Source: a virus. From it: a stretch of 64,000 nt of DNA. This document shows positions 39,788 through 49,710 of this stretch, in pieces; within the stretch, counting starts at the first letter, position 1; every line of letters starts with the position of its first letter. A model generated the notes under the pieces. That model was not told where the DNA came from. It saw only the letters and a list, made by a program, of their open reading frames with translations, and made no database searches. The stretch is from positions 33,428 through 97,427 of IMG/VR virus record IMGVR_UViG_3300048583_000100; one strand, 5' to 3'. The translations under genes and the position numbers were made by a program.

Positions 39788-39817
39788 ATTGTACTTCATC
39801 GCTCTTAAATTGTAAAC
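39788..39817 (-). promoter_or_regulatory. Early-type promoter GTTTAC-N18-TACAAT
   Basis: Consensus match upstream of the DNA-modification cluster. Confidence 0.7.
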
Positions 39818-39822
39818 TACGA

Positions 39823-40932
39823 TCAGACGTGTAGCATCTCTTTTGCAGTGTTGATCAGCATCTTAGGATCGCTTGAGCCCATGAGCATCAGGTAAGGACC
39901 TTCGAACCATATTTCAGCATTTTCGAATCCTGAGTCTGATTTGGAGGGAACGTTCTTCGCGACATCTGCATAAGAGCCAATCTGGATTCCCATATTCTTT
40001 GGGTCGAGCATGTCATGAAGAGCATCTGATAGCTTAGGATGCTTGCGAACGATCTGATCCATACGGATGATCAGCGTTTTCAGATAGACGTGACTACCCA
40101 TTTCAATAACGCGCTTAAACAATGCTGCGTGTTTCCCGCCCAGAGATTCTTTGAATGCGGCATAAAGCGTGTCAACATTCCGTAGAGATTCAGCATCCCA
40201 CGTAAGATCTGTTTTCTGTCTATCGTAATCTGCTGAAAAGATGTCTGGGGAAATGTCCAAAGCTTTAACGAAGTCATCTTTCTTGGTCAGCTTCATGAAA
40301 GGAATATCGTAGATGTCGCTGACGATCTGCGATTTAGAAGGCTTTTTGGCGCTGTCATCTTGCATCAACAACTCATCGGTAAACGTTCCGTCATGCGAGA
40401 AGTGGCGAGCATGTTTGCTGAGCTTTTTGAGTAGCAAGATGAGGTCTTTCACAGCACCGCCAGCGTCGTAATACGACATCTTGGTATCCGGCACGTGCAG
40501 ATAGTTGAAGTCTTTTGTCGTCCACGCAAAGCGCTTAACCGAATTCAAAGGTAGAACCATACCCAGCGTACCAAATTCCTTGGCACCACCTGCACTCAAG
40601 GATGTAAAGGTCGACATGGAACGATCTGGAATACCTTCTTTCTTCCAACGAGGATCGGTCTTCGACATGCGAAGCAACATCGAGTTGCCAGTTAGAGACT
40701 TGCGCTCTGTAGTTCTGCCGCCGAAATACAGCAACTTGAAACCATCGCCAAGGCGGTAAACCGCAGTCGCGTGGTTCTCAGCGCTATTGACACCACGCCA
40801 TAGAACACCAGGGTTCTTGATGGCTTCGCTAGTAGCGGCTATGACACGCTTGGCCTCAGACAAATCTTGACTTTCATCGCCATCATCCGCGTAACCGTCG
40901 TCGTAAGATTCAAATAGTTCGCGAAGTTTCAT
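39823..40932 (-). CDS. Late protein (MKLRELFES), possible ADP-ribosyltransferase-fold enzyme
   Basis: VLWRGV, STFTSLS...AKEFG and AEIWF resemble the R-S-E ART motif. Confidence 0.5.
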   Translation of the reverse strand: MKLRELFESYDDGYADDGDESQDLSEAKRVIAATSEAIKNPGVLWRGVNSAENHATAVYRLGDGFKLLYFGGRTTERKSLTGNSMLLRMSKTDPRWKKEGIPDRSMSTFTSLSAGGAKEFGTLGMVLPLNSVKRFAWTTKDFNYLHVPDTKMSYYDAGGAVKDLILLLKKLSKHARHFSHDGTFTDELLMQDDSAKKPSKSQIVSDIYDIPFMKLTKKDDFVKALDISPDIFSADYDRQKTDLTWDAESLRNVDTLYAAFKESLGGKHAALFKRVIEMGSHVYLKTLIIRMDQIVRKHPKLSDALHDMLDPKNMGIQIGSYADVAKNVPSKSDSGFENAEIWFEGPYLMLMGSSDPKMLINTAKEMLHV

Positions 40933-41126
40933 TTGGCGTACTCATTCTTGTGGTAGTCGAATTCACGATTAGCGGTGTCGTAGAGACGAAGGTCTACGTA
41001 ATCGTCAGACGCTTTGTCAAATCCGCCTATGAAGCGAATGCATTCGTCCTTGCTACCGTGGAACACTTTTTTCTTGTTCTTCTGAGTGGCGACATACCAA
41101 CGGCCGCTGACTTCTGACAGCTTCAT
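40929..41126 (-). CDS. Small late protein (MKLSEV)
   Basis: Coupled to both neighbours. Confidence 0.6.
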   Translation of the reverse strand: MKLSEVSGRWYVATQKNKKKVFHGSKDECIRFIGGFDKASDDYVDLRLYDTANREFDYHKNEYAK

Positions 41127-42008
41127 TTAGAGCTCCTCAGGAACCGGAAGCTTGAGTCGTTCAAGCTCAGACTTGCTAGCCTTGATGACTTCGGCTGCAT
41201 TGGGAAGCTTCTTAACAAGAGCAATGACACCTTCAGCAGTCATGACGTCTGCGGGCTTAGCACCCTTACCGAAGATGTACTTGACGATCTCATTTGGATC
41301 ATTCGTAGCTTCAAGCTCCTTCGAGAACTTGATTGACTTGCCCATCTTCTTGAGGATGGCTTCGAGCTCTTCAGGAGTTACGGTGTCTACAGACTTGTTG
41401 AGCTTGCCAGTCTTCTCATTGAATTTGGCAGCCTTGAAGAGACGCTTCATGCCAGAATCCATGGTGATGGATTTGGAAGCACGAGCATAAGGCTTTCCAT
41501 TCTCATCACGGAGAACGAAGTCCTTGTCCTTCTCTTGCTTGTGAGCCAGTGCCGTGAACATAATGATGTTGCGAACTGCACCGGGATACTTGGAGCCAGC
41601 TCCCTGAGCAGAGTGGTACATAAAGCGAGCCCAGTCCTTGTCGTTGACGAACATCAGGTCGACTTGAACCTTCTTGCCGTTTACTGGGACTGCGTAAGAG
41701 CCAACCTTGGTACCTGCGTTGTAGCCACCCTCACCATTGGTTGCCTTCAGCATCTTGGCGTCGATGTCTTTGACATCAGAATCTTCCAAGGAGAATGCAA
41801 TATCGATGTCACCGCTGTCCTTCTTCTTTCCAAGAAGAGTAAGAGCCGTAGAGCCGAGGAGGTCCGCTTTCAGAGTTTCTACTGAGACACCAGTAGCCTT
41901 TGACACGAATTCGAGCGCAGCCTTGACATCTGCTGTGGTCGCGCGATCTGTTCCGTACTTAGAAGTAGCTCCGCCACCTTCAGCGAGGAACTGTTTGAAC
42001 GTAATCAT
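41127..42008 (-). CDS. Pol-beta-superfamily nucleotidyltransferase with capsid-targeting-like N-terminus
   Basis: MITFKQFLAEGG; LGST...SGDIDI...VQVDLMF. Confidence 0.78.
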   Translation of the reverse strand: MITFKQFLAEGGGATSKYGTDRATTADVKAALEFVSKATGVSVETLKADLLGSTALTLLGKKKDSGDIDIAFSLEDSDVKDIDAKMLKATNGEGGYNAGTKVGSYAVPVNGKKVQVDLMFVNDKDWARFMYHSAQGAGSKYPGAVRNIIMFTALAHKQEKDKDFVLRDENGKPYARASKSITMDSGMKRLFKAAKFNEKTGKLNKSVDTVTPEELEAILKKMGKSIKFSKELEATNDPNEIVKYIFGKGAKPADVMTAEGVIALVKKLPNAAEVIKASKSELERLKLPVPEEL

Positions 42009-42037
42009 TGCTGTGCCTTAAGGGTTGCTTGACTTTC

Positions 42038-42071
42038 TATTTATCCCCCAATGACCATTAGGCGATAAATA
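42038..42071. promoter_or_regulatory. Divergent pair of late-type ATAAATA elements
   Basis: TATTTAT at 42038..42044 and ATAAATA at 42065..42071, between divergent genes. Confidence 0.65.
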
Positions 42072-42127
42072 GCTTCAGAATTGTTCGGTCCTAGATTTGG
42101 GTCCGGCCGCTTAGGAGATTTTCTGAA

Positions 42128-44677
42128 ATGCGTATTGACGGCGTTACCCTCGTACAAGGTTCTGATGCAGAGAACCTGGTAGTTGCGCAGGGTGCAGCGT
42201 TCCCAGCTTCACCTGACCCAGGCGAACTGTTCTACCGTAACGACGGTGGTAACGTAGGACTGTACTTCTATGATGCGGGTTCTTGGAAGAGAATTATCTC
42301 CGCAGCCGAATCCATTTCGACACTTCTACCTGACATCATCACCCCTGGCACCTACAAGTCCCTAACGATCAATGCGAAGGGACTAGCAACTGATGGCACC
42401 AATCCGACGACTCTTGCTGGTTACGGCATCACCGATGCGCAGCCAATTGATGGTGACCTAACAGCAATTGCTGCTTTGGTGGGTACATCGGGATTGCTTC
42501 GCAAGACAGCTGTGAACACCTGGTCGCTCGACACTGCTGCGTATTTGACCGCGAACCAATCAATCACTCTGTCGGGTGATGTCACTGGTACGGGTACGAC
42601 TGCAATTACGACCACACTTGCGAATACTGCTGTGACGCTAGGTTCGTACGGCTCTGCAACACAGGTTGGAACATTCACAGTCGACTCAAAGGGCAGACTG
42701 ACAGCCGCAGCAAACGTTGCGATTGCGATTGCGACTTCCGCTGTCACGTCGGGCACATTCATCGATGCGCGTATCGCACAGTCGAACGTAACACAACACC
42801 AAGCAGCTCTATCACTTACGCTCAGCCAGCTCAGCAACGCAACGACAGTCGGCAGAAACTTTGCTTCGCTTGTCAACCCTTCTGCAATTACGTTCCCTCG
42901 AATCAACGCGGACAACACTGTCACTGCGCTAGATGCAGCAGCGTTTAGAACCGCAATTGGTGCCGCAACTGGAACAGTAACTTCGGTATCTGCTGGCAAT
43001 GGAATGACCTTCACCACGATCACCACTACCGGTGCCGTGACAATGGGTACTCCATCAAGCATCACTCTTGTTTCTACCAACAGCGTAGCAGCAGGAACGC
43101 ACTCGCATGCCTTTGAACCCGGTGGAACTACAGCCCAGTATCTTCGTGGTGATGGTTCGCTTGCTACGTTCCCAACGGTACCAACAAATCTAGATTCTCT
43201 CACTGACGTTACGATCACAGCTAACTCCGCTGGAGAGATTCTAAAGTGGGATGGCGCAGCATGGGTAAACAACACGCTAGCTGAGGCTGGAATCGCTGCT
43301 GCGGGCCACGTGCATTCTGCTGCTGACATCACGTCTGGCACGTTTGCGAACGCACGCATTGCGCAGTCGAACGTAACACAGCACCAGGCTTCTCTGTCTA
43401 TCGATTGGTCACAGCTCACAGGTACTCAGCCGCCGCTGGTTCTAACAGATGTCTTCACCGTAGCATCTCAAGTTGCCCAGCTAGCCCTTACTGCACAAGA
43501 AGGCGATATTGCTATTCGTACAGACGAAAGCAAAACCTACGTGCACAATGGTGGTGTTGCTGGCACCATGGCAGATTGGTCTGAGCTTATTTCTCCGACT
43601 GACGGCGTCATCACATTCAACACTCGTACGGGTGCAGTCACGCTAACATCGCTCGACGTTACTACTGCTCTTGGATATACTCCTTGGCATGTAGGAAATG
43701 ACGGAGCTACGTCTGGTCTAGATGCCGATCTCTTGGATGGTCAGCATGGTGCATTCTATCAGGATGCTGGTAACCTAAATGCTGGCACACTCGCTAACGC
43801 CAGAGTATCGGCGTCAAACGTAACGCAGCACCAAGCATCCCTGTCGCTGACGTTGAGCCAAATAAGCAACGCGACTACTGTTGGACGTAACATTGCCGGA
43901 CTAACGAACCCGTCTGCCATCACGTTCCTTCGAATGAATGCAGACAACACGGTCACTGCATTGGACGCAGCGGCATTTAGAACGGCAATTGGCGCTGGGT
44001 CGGGAGCAGGTACCGTAACGTCTGTAGATTTGGTCAGCACGACTGGCCTAACTGCATCTGGTGGTCCAGTAACTGGAAGCGGATCGCTGACGTATACGCT
44101 AAGCGCAAATCTCCAGAGCTGGTCAGCCATTGCACCAGCAACAAAGTTGGATGCTAGCGCATACACCGCCGCAGATGTTCTTGCTAAGCTGCTAACTGTT
44201 GACGGCGCTTCGTCGGGGCTAGATGCTGATCTGTTGGATGGTCAGAGTGGCGCGTACTATCTAAGCTTGACCAACGCCACGGGTGTTCTGTCAGAAACCA
44301 ATGGTGGTACCGGATTGTCGAGCGTTGCCGACGGTAACTATGTCCGTGGTACTGCTGGCACAGCAATGGAAGAACGCACGCCTACGCAGGTTCGCGGTGA
44401 CATCAATGCTAAGACTTTCACGATGTCTCCAACACCGCCTGGGTCTCCTAACGAGGGCGATGAATGGCTAGACACTATTACCACCATCAAGTACAAGTGG
44501 ATCGTTGGCACGACTTCTAGCACATGGGTCGAGCTAGAGCAGACGAAAGTATCGGGGCCAGCAGTCCAGACGTACATCCAGAACACGCAGCCAGCAGAAG
44601 ATATTCCGTACATCTGGTACCAGACGGGACTAGGTGACACTGGAGAAGACATCTCCGTATGGCTGAACGTAGTATAA
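42128..44677 (+). CDS. Tail fibre protein
   Basis: Thr/Gly/Ala-rich; NPTTLAGYGITDA, TVDSKGR, GLDADLLDG repeats; internal duplications. Confidence 0.85.
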   Translation: MRIDGVTLVQGSDAENLVVAQGAAFPASPDPGELFYRNDGGNVGLYFYDAGSWKRIISAAESISTLLPDIITPGTYKSLTINAKGLATDGTNPTTLAGYGITDAQPIDGDLTAIAALVGTSGLLRKTAVNTWSLDTAAYLTANQSITLSGDVTGTGTTAITTTLANTAVTLGSYGSATQVGTFTVDSKGRLTAAANVAIAIATSAVTSGTFIDARIAQSNVTQHQAALSLTLSQLSNATTVGRNFASLVNPSAITFPRINADNTVTALDAAAFRTAIGAATGTVTSVSAGNGMTFTTITTTGAVTMGTPSSITLVSTNSVAAGTHSHAFEPGGTTAQYLRGDGSLATFPTVPTNLDSLTDVTITANSAGEILKWDGAAWVNNTLAEAGIAAAGHVHSAADITSGTFANARIAQSNVTQHQASLSIDWSQLTGTQPPLVLTDVFTVASQVAQLALTAQEGDIAIRTDESKTYVHNGGVAGTMADWSELISPTDGVITFNTRTGAVTLTSLDVTTALGYTPWHVGNDGATSGLDADLLDGQHGAFYQDAGNLNAGTLANARVSASNVTQHQASLSLTLSQISNATTVGRNIAGLTNPSAITFLRMNADNTVTALDAAAFRTAIGAGSGAGTVTSVDLVSTTGLTASGGPVTGSGSLTYTLSANLQSWSAIAPATKLDASAYTAADVLAKLLTVDGASSGLDADLLDGQSGAYYLSLTNATGVLSETNGGTGLSSVADGNYVRGTAGTAMEERTPTQVRGDINAKTFTMSPTPPGSPNEGDEWLDTITTIKYKWIVGTTSSTWVELEQTKVSGPAVQTYIQNTQPAEDIPYIWYQTGLGDTGEDISVWLNVV

Positions 44678-44704
44678 ATACTCCCTGAAGACGGAGAAAC
44701 ACTC

Positions 44705-44995
44705 ATGGCACTAGTAAACGTATTCGGCAAGCTTGGGCTTGACGGAACAATGCAGAAGATCGCTCAATACCTACAGCAGATTGCTGCCAACATTGGGCGT
44801 ATGTACCCCGATACGTCAGGTCGTATGAGAGTTAACGTCGAAGCCGGTACGATAAACACCGTGACTTCCGTAACCTCAATGACTACGCTGAATAACCAAC
44901 AGCAACAGAGCGGCTACTTCACTAACTACGACCAATACGCGCAGCTTCAAATGTGCGCAAATGGTATTCGTTCCCAAATTAAGGTAACTCCATGA
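44705..44995 (+). CDS. Tail-fibre-associated small protein
   Basis: TATAAATA at 44673..44680; coupled to the next gene. Confidence 0.65.
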   Translation: MALVNVFGKLGLDGTMQKIAQYLQQIAANIGRMYPDTSGRMRVNVEAGTINTVTSVTSMTTLNNQQQQSGYFTNYDQYAQLQMCANGIRSQIKVTP

Positions 44996-46395
44996 CTACT
45001 GAAGTCACCCTACGCCCTATTCTTGATCGCAAGCAATGGGAAATGTGCAACTATGCGCCGGTCCTTTCGGCGATTGGTTCATTTGTTGTGTCCAGCAACT
45101 TGCACGATCAGTATCAGTACTACATCACAGCAGCAACGGTCATGAACATCTACGACCCAAATGAGGATGCGTGGATGGCAGGTCCATCACCTGCTCTTGC
45201 CGGCACATTTGGTGCTGGTTCTTGCGGCGTTCGCCACCCACATGGGCCACGTGGTTTCCCGACTGCTGGCACTACAACCACCATCACGACAAACCTTAAC
45301 ATTCAGCGCAGTCTGAAAAACTACACCATCAGAATTATTGCTGGGCCAAACGCTGGTACTAACGCTGTCATTGCATCCAACACTGTTGGCGCTAACGCCG
45401 TAATTACGGTAGTAACTCCATTTGGAACTGCCATCACGACTGCATCGGAATTCATCATACTGTCGGGTCGTATGTGGGTCGTCAATGCTGGTACTCAGGC
45501 AGCTGGTTCATTCAAGTACTATGACAACGCCCTGAACGTCTGGACAAACGCCAACCAAGCTGGCTTGCCGGCCACTATTGGTACGGATGCTCGTCTTGTA
45601 AGTACGCCTGGATATTTGGCGGACTTTAGCACCGGTACGGCTACTGCTGGCGGCGCTTCAACGCTGACTAACTCCGCAAAGGCCTGGGGTACAAACACCT
45701 GGGCAAACTACCAGGTGAAGATCATTGCTGGTACTGGTGCTGGTCAGTGGAGAACTATCGCTTCTAACACCGCCACAGTCCTAACTACTTCTGCGGCTTG
45801 GACAATTCAGCCAGATGCTACGAGCCAGTATGTCATTGAAGGTAATGACGACTTCCTTTACTTCCTAGGTAATAACGCCGTCACAATGTATCGATACAGC
45901 ATCTCCGGCAACACATGGACTACTCTTGCTCCAGGTGTTGCCCGTGCTGGTGCACCGGTTGCTGGTATGAGTGCTGCTTGGATTCATCAGGTAGAAGATG
46001 CAACGTTCAATGATGAAAGCAACTACCTAAACGGTAAGTTCATTTATTCGTTCCGTGGCACTACTGCAATTTTGGATCGCTACAACATTTCGTCCAATGC
46101 ATGGGAAAACGACATCGCGTATACCCCTAAGGTCGATACATTCCCGACAGGTACGAGCTGGGCATATGGCGCCAACAACATCTATGCAATGCAGCCAACT
46201 ACTGGTCGCCTACTCAAATACAATATCGCGCAGAATCGACTAGAGCCGTGCTCTCAGCTTTGGTACACGCAGGGCACTGCACATATCGGGGATAGGATGT
46301 TTGACGTAGTCTACACAGATGGAGCTACTAAATTGCGCTGGCTCTATTACCTAACAAGCAACCAGAACACCCTGTTCCGCATGCTACTCTTCTAA
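44992..46395 (+). CDS. Virion structural protein, Kelch-like beta-propeller with inserted beta domains (candidate receptor-binding protein)
   Basis: Repeated Y(D/N/S)...N.W blade motifs; duplicated I.IIAG..AG..R.IASNT module. Confidence 0.65.
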   Translation: MTTEVTLRPILDRKQWEMCNYAPVLSAIGSFVVSSNLHDQYQYYITAATVMNIYDPNEDAWMAGPSPALAGTFGAGSCGVRHPHGPRGFPTAGTTTTITTNLNIQRSLKNYTIRIIAGPNAGTNAVIASNTVGANAVITVVTPFGTAITTASEFIILSGRMWVVNAGTQAAGSFKYYDNALNVWTNANQAGLPATIGTDARLVSTPGYLADFSTGTATAGGASTLTNSAKAWGTNTWANYQVKIIAGTGAGQWRTIASNTATVLTTSAAWTIQPDATSQYVIEGNDDFLYFLGNNAVTMYRYSISGNTWTTLAPGVARAGAPVAGMSAAWIHQVEDATFNDESNYLNGKFIYSFRGTTAILDRYNISSNAWENDIAYTPKVDTFPTGTSWAYGANNIYAMQPTTGRLLKYNIAQNRLEPCSQLWYTQGTAHIGDRMFDVVYTDGATKLRWLYYLTSNQNTLFRMLLF

Positions 46396-46413
46396 TCAAG
46401 GCTTGAACACAAA

Positions 46414-49400
46414 ATGGATTTTCCTGCCAGCCCGTCCATCAATGACCTACACACCATAAATGGTAAGACGTGGAAGTGGAACGGTGAGGGATGGGAATCA
46501 GTAGTAACCGACCCGCTATCCGGATATACAGCTGCCGATGTTCTTGCAAAGCTGTTGACTGTCGATGGATCGGGATCGGGTCTCGATGCTGATTTCCTTG
46601 ATGGCCAAAGTGGTGCGTACTATCTCGATCTAGCAAATGCTACTGGCACTGTCACAAGTGCCATGATGCCTGCTTACACGGGAGATGTCACGTCTTCTGC
46701 GGGTGCAACGGTAAATACGATCGCGGCAAACGCGGTAACCTTCGCAAAGTTCCAGCAGATTGCAACTGCATCTTTCATTGGTAGAGATACTGCGGGCACT
46801 GGAAATGCTGAAGTGCTTTCGGTTGCAGCAGCCAAGACGCTGCTGAATCTAACGGGTACCAATTCTGGTGATCAAACGATTACTCTGACAGGTAACGTGA
46901 CGGGCTCTGGTACGGGTTCATTTGCTACAACTATTGCTGCTGGCGCTGTAACGCTTGCCAACATGGCGAACGTTGCTACAGGTACGGTATTCTACCGCAA
47001 AACTGCGGCTTCTGGTGCACCTGAAGTTCAGACACTTGCCACTCTTAAAACCGATCTCGGTCTTACAGGTACCAATTCGGGCGATCAGACTATCACGCTC
47101 ACTGGGCACGTAACTGGTTCCGGTACCGGCTCATTCGCTACAACCATTGGTTCTGGCGTTATCACCAATGCGATGCAAGCCAACATGGCCGCTAATACTC
47201 TGAGCGGAAACAATACTGGCTCGGCGGCAGCTCCGGCAGATTTGACAGTCGCCCAGGTAAAGACGCTTCTAAACTACACCAAATCTGATGTTGGTCTAGC
47301 AAACGTTGAAAACACTGCTCTGTCTACTTGGGCGGGTAGCTCAAACATTACGACTGTTGGTACTGGCGTTATCACGCTTGCTAACATGGCCAACATCGCA
47401 ACGGCATCCTTCATTGGTAGAACGACAGCAGCGACTGGTGTTCCAGAAGCGCTGACCGTTACTCAGGCAACTGCGATGCTGAACGTCTTCACGTCAGCTC
47501 TCAAGGGATTGGCCCCTGCTTCTGGTGGCGGTACAACAAACTTCCTACGTGCTGATGGTACGTGGGCCGCTCCACCAGCGAGCGGCACCGTAACTTCTGT
47601 GTCCGTGACAACTGCTGCTGGCGTATCTGGTTCTGTTGCCACTGCGACAACTACACCCGCAATCACCATCACGCTGGGCGCGATTACGCCAACGTCTGTG
47701 GCTGCATCCGGTACGGTGACAGGATCAAACCTTAGTGGAACGCATACGGGCACGAGCTCCGGTACCAACACCGGCGACCAAACGATTACTCTAACGGGTG
47801 ATGTCACTGGCACTGGCACTGGGTCATTTGCTGCTACGATAGCTGCGGCATCCGTCACGCTTGCTAAGATGGCCAACATCGCAACAAACAGTTTGATCGG
47901 ACGATCAACTGCACTGTCCGGTGTTCCTGAAGTAATCACTGTTGGATCAGGACTAACTCTTTCTGCTGGCGTACTTTCGGCGAGCGGTGGAACTGGTACG
48001 GTCACCACAGTGTCTGTCACAACTGCTAACGGTGTATCCGGTTCAGTAGCTACAGCCACAACAACGCCAGCAATTACGATTACCCTTGGCGCGATTACGC
48101 CTACTTCTGTCGCTGCTTCGGGAACCGTAACTGGTTCAAACTTGAGCGGTACGAATACTGGCGATCAGACGACGATTACGGGTAATGCCGGATCCGCTAC
48201 TGTCCTACAGACAGGCAGAACGATCGCAATCTCTGGTGCAGTAACGGGTACAGCAACATCGTTCAATGGTTCCGCCAACATTACGATTCCTATTACGGCG
48301 CTGGACGTCGGCTCTGCTACTGCGGGTACACTTGCAGTTGCTCGTGGCGGTACCGGCATTGCATCGTATACCGTAGGCAACTACATCTATGCGTCGGGTA
48401 CAACCACACTAGCCCAGAGAACTCCAGCTCAGGTACGTTCAGACATCGGCGCAGGCACTGGCAACGGAACAGTTACGTCTGTCTCTGTCACCACCGCCAA
48501 TGGTGTATCTGGTTCAGTCGCCACGTCGACAACTACTCCCGCCATTACGATTACTCTAGGCGCAATTACACCTACTAGCATAGTTGCCTCGGGCGCTATA
48601 ACTGCTGGCGATGCAATTATGTCTAAGGGTAGCAATGCGGGTCTGTTCTTTGAAAATCGCGCAAACGCTACACAGACGGCCGGCTGGTACAGGAACGGCG
48701 CCGAAGTAATACTGAACTATTCAGCGATCGGCGATGTTGCAACAATTAGCTCTGCCGGCAATGCGGGCTTTAACGGAAGCATTATTGCTGGCGGCAGCAT
48801 TACATGTGCGTCGGGTAACATCACGACCCCACAGAACTTTATATCAAGCACGGCGAACATTGTATTGGCGACGACGGGTGCTGGCGGGGTTTATCTAAGA
48901 CCATCCGGTGCAGGATCTACTACTGGGCAGCTTGTTATCGGCTCTACGGGAGATGTAAGCATTTCAGGAGGCGTGACAGCTACAGGCTCATATTTTGCAT
49001 CTGCGGGTTCATTGGCTATTTTGGGAACTACTGGCGCCGGTACGGTATCCCTCCGTCCTCAGGGCGCCGGGTCAGCTACTAACGAAGTCAGCATTTCCTC
49101 GGCTGGCGCAATGACAGTTAATAACCAGCTTCGTGTGCAGGGAACAGTACGAGCACAATCAGAAACAACCTCTCTGTCTGGTGAAGGTATTGAGATGTAC
49201 TACTCGGCAAGCCGAGGGTATGTCATTGTATATGATAGAACTACCAATGGTTGGAAAACTCTTAGACACTACGGGCTTAACGTTGAAACGTATGCATCAA
49301 ATACGCTCATCATGGATACTACGACATCCGGCATTGCAGTTACTGGTGCAATTACAGCAACAGGTAACATCACGGCCTACTCTTCGGATAGCAGACTAAA

Positions 49401-49710
49401 GACGAACGTTCGAGACATCGCGAGCGCTACCAAGAAGTTGATGTCTATTGGTGGTTACGTGTTCGACTGGGATAAGGAAGCTTGCTTGATCGCGGGCTTC
49501 AAACCAGATCATGACACTGAACATGGTGTGCTTGCTCAGGAAATTGAACAGGTTATGCCCGATGCAACTGCTCCAGCACCATTCAACAATGATTACCTCA
49601 CCGTTAAATACGAGAGACTGACGGCACTTCTTATTGCGGGCTTCAAGGAGCAACAGAAGGTCATTGAAGATTTGAAGTGGGAAATTGAAAAGCTTAAGGG
49701 GAACTTCTAA
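46414..49710 (+). CDS. Long tail fibre with C-terminal intramolecular chaperone (peptidase S74-like)
   Basis: GTN(S/T)GDQTITL and TVTSVSVTTANGVSGSVAT repeats; AYSSDSRLKTNV, GVLAQEIE, terminal coiled coil. Confidence 0.9.
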   Translation: MDFPASPSINDLHTINGKTWKWNGEGWESVVTDPLSGYTAADVLAKLLTVDGSGSGLDADFLDGQSGAYYLDLANATGTVTSAMMPAYTGDVTSSAGATVNTIAANAVTFAKFQQIATASFIGRDTAGTGNAEVLSVAAAKTLLNLTGTNSGDQTITLTGNVTGSGTGSFATTIAAGAVTLANMANVATGTVFYRKTAASGAPEVQTLATLKTDLGLTGTNSGDQTITLTGHVTGSGTGSFATTIGSGVITNAMQANMAANTLSGNNTGSAAAPADLTVAQVKTLLNYTKSDVGLANVENTALSTWAGSSNITTVGTGVITLANMANIATASFIGRTTAATGVPEALTVTQATAMLNVFTSALKGLAPASGGGTTNFLRADGTWAAPPASGTVTSVSVTTAAGVSGSVATATTTPAITITLGAITPTSVAASGTVTGSNLSGTHTGTSSGTNTGDQTITLTGDVTGTGTGSFAATIAAASVTLAKMANIATNSLIGRSTALSGVPEVITVGSGLTLSAGVLSASGGTGTVTTVSVTTANGVSGSVATATTTPAITITLGAITPTSVAASGTVTGSNLSGTNTGDQTTITGNAGSATVLQTGRTIAISGAVTGTATSFNGSANITIPITALDVGSATAGTLAVARGGTGIASYTVGNYIYASGTTTLAQRTPAQVRSDIGAGTGNGTVTSVSVTTANGVSGSVATSTTTPAITITLGAITPTSIVASGAITAGDAIMSKGSNAGLFFENRANATQTAGWYRNGAEVILNYSAIGDVATISSAGNAGFNGSIIAGGSITCASGNITTPQNFISSTANIVLATTGAGGVYLRPSGAGSTTGQLVIGSTGDVSISGGVTATGSYFASAGSLAILGTTGAGTVSLRPQGAGSATNEVSISSAGAMTVNNQLRVQGTVRAQSETTSLSGEGIEMYYSASRGYVIVYDRTTNGWKTLRHYGLNVETYASNTLIMDTTTSGIAVTGAITATGNITAYSSDSRLKTNVRDIASATKKLMSIGGYVFDWDKEACLIAGFKPDHDTEHGVLAQEIEQVMPDATAPAPFNNDYLTVKYERLTALLIAGFKEQQKVIEDLKWEIEKLKGNF

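Noticed and set aside
46860-48580. Tail-fibre repeats as a DGR or invertible cassette
   Set aside because: Repeats are in-frame protein modules with synonymous divergence; no reverse transcriptase or invertase is nearby.
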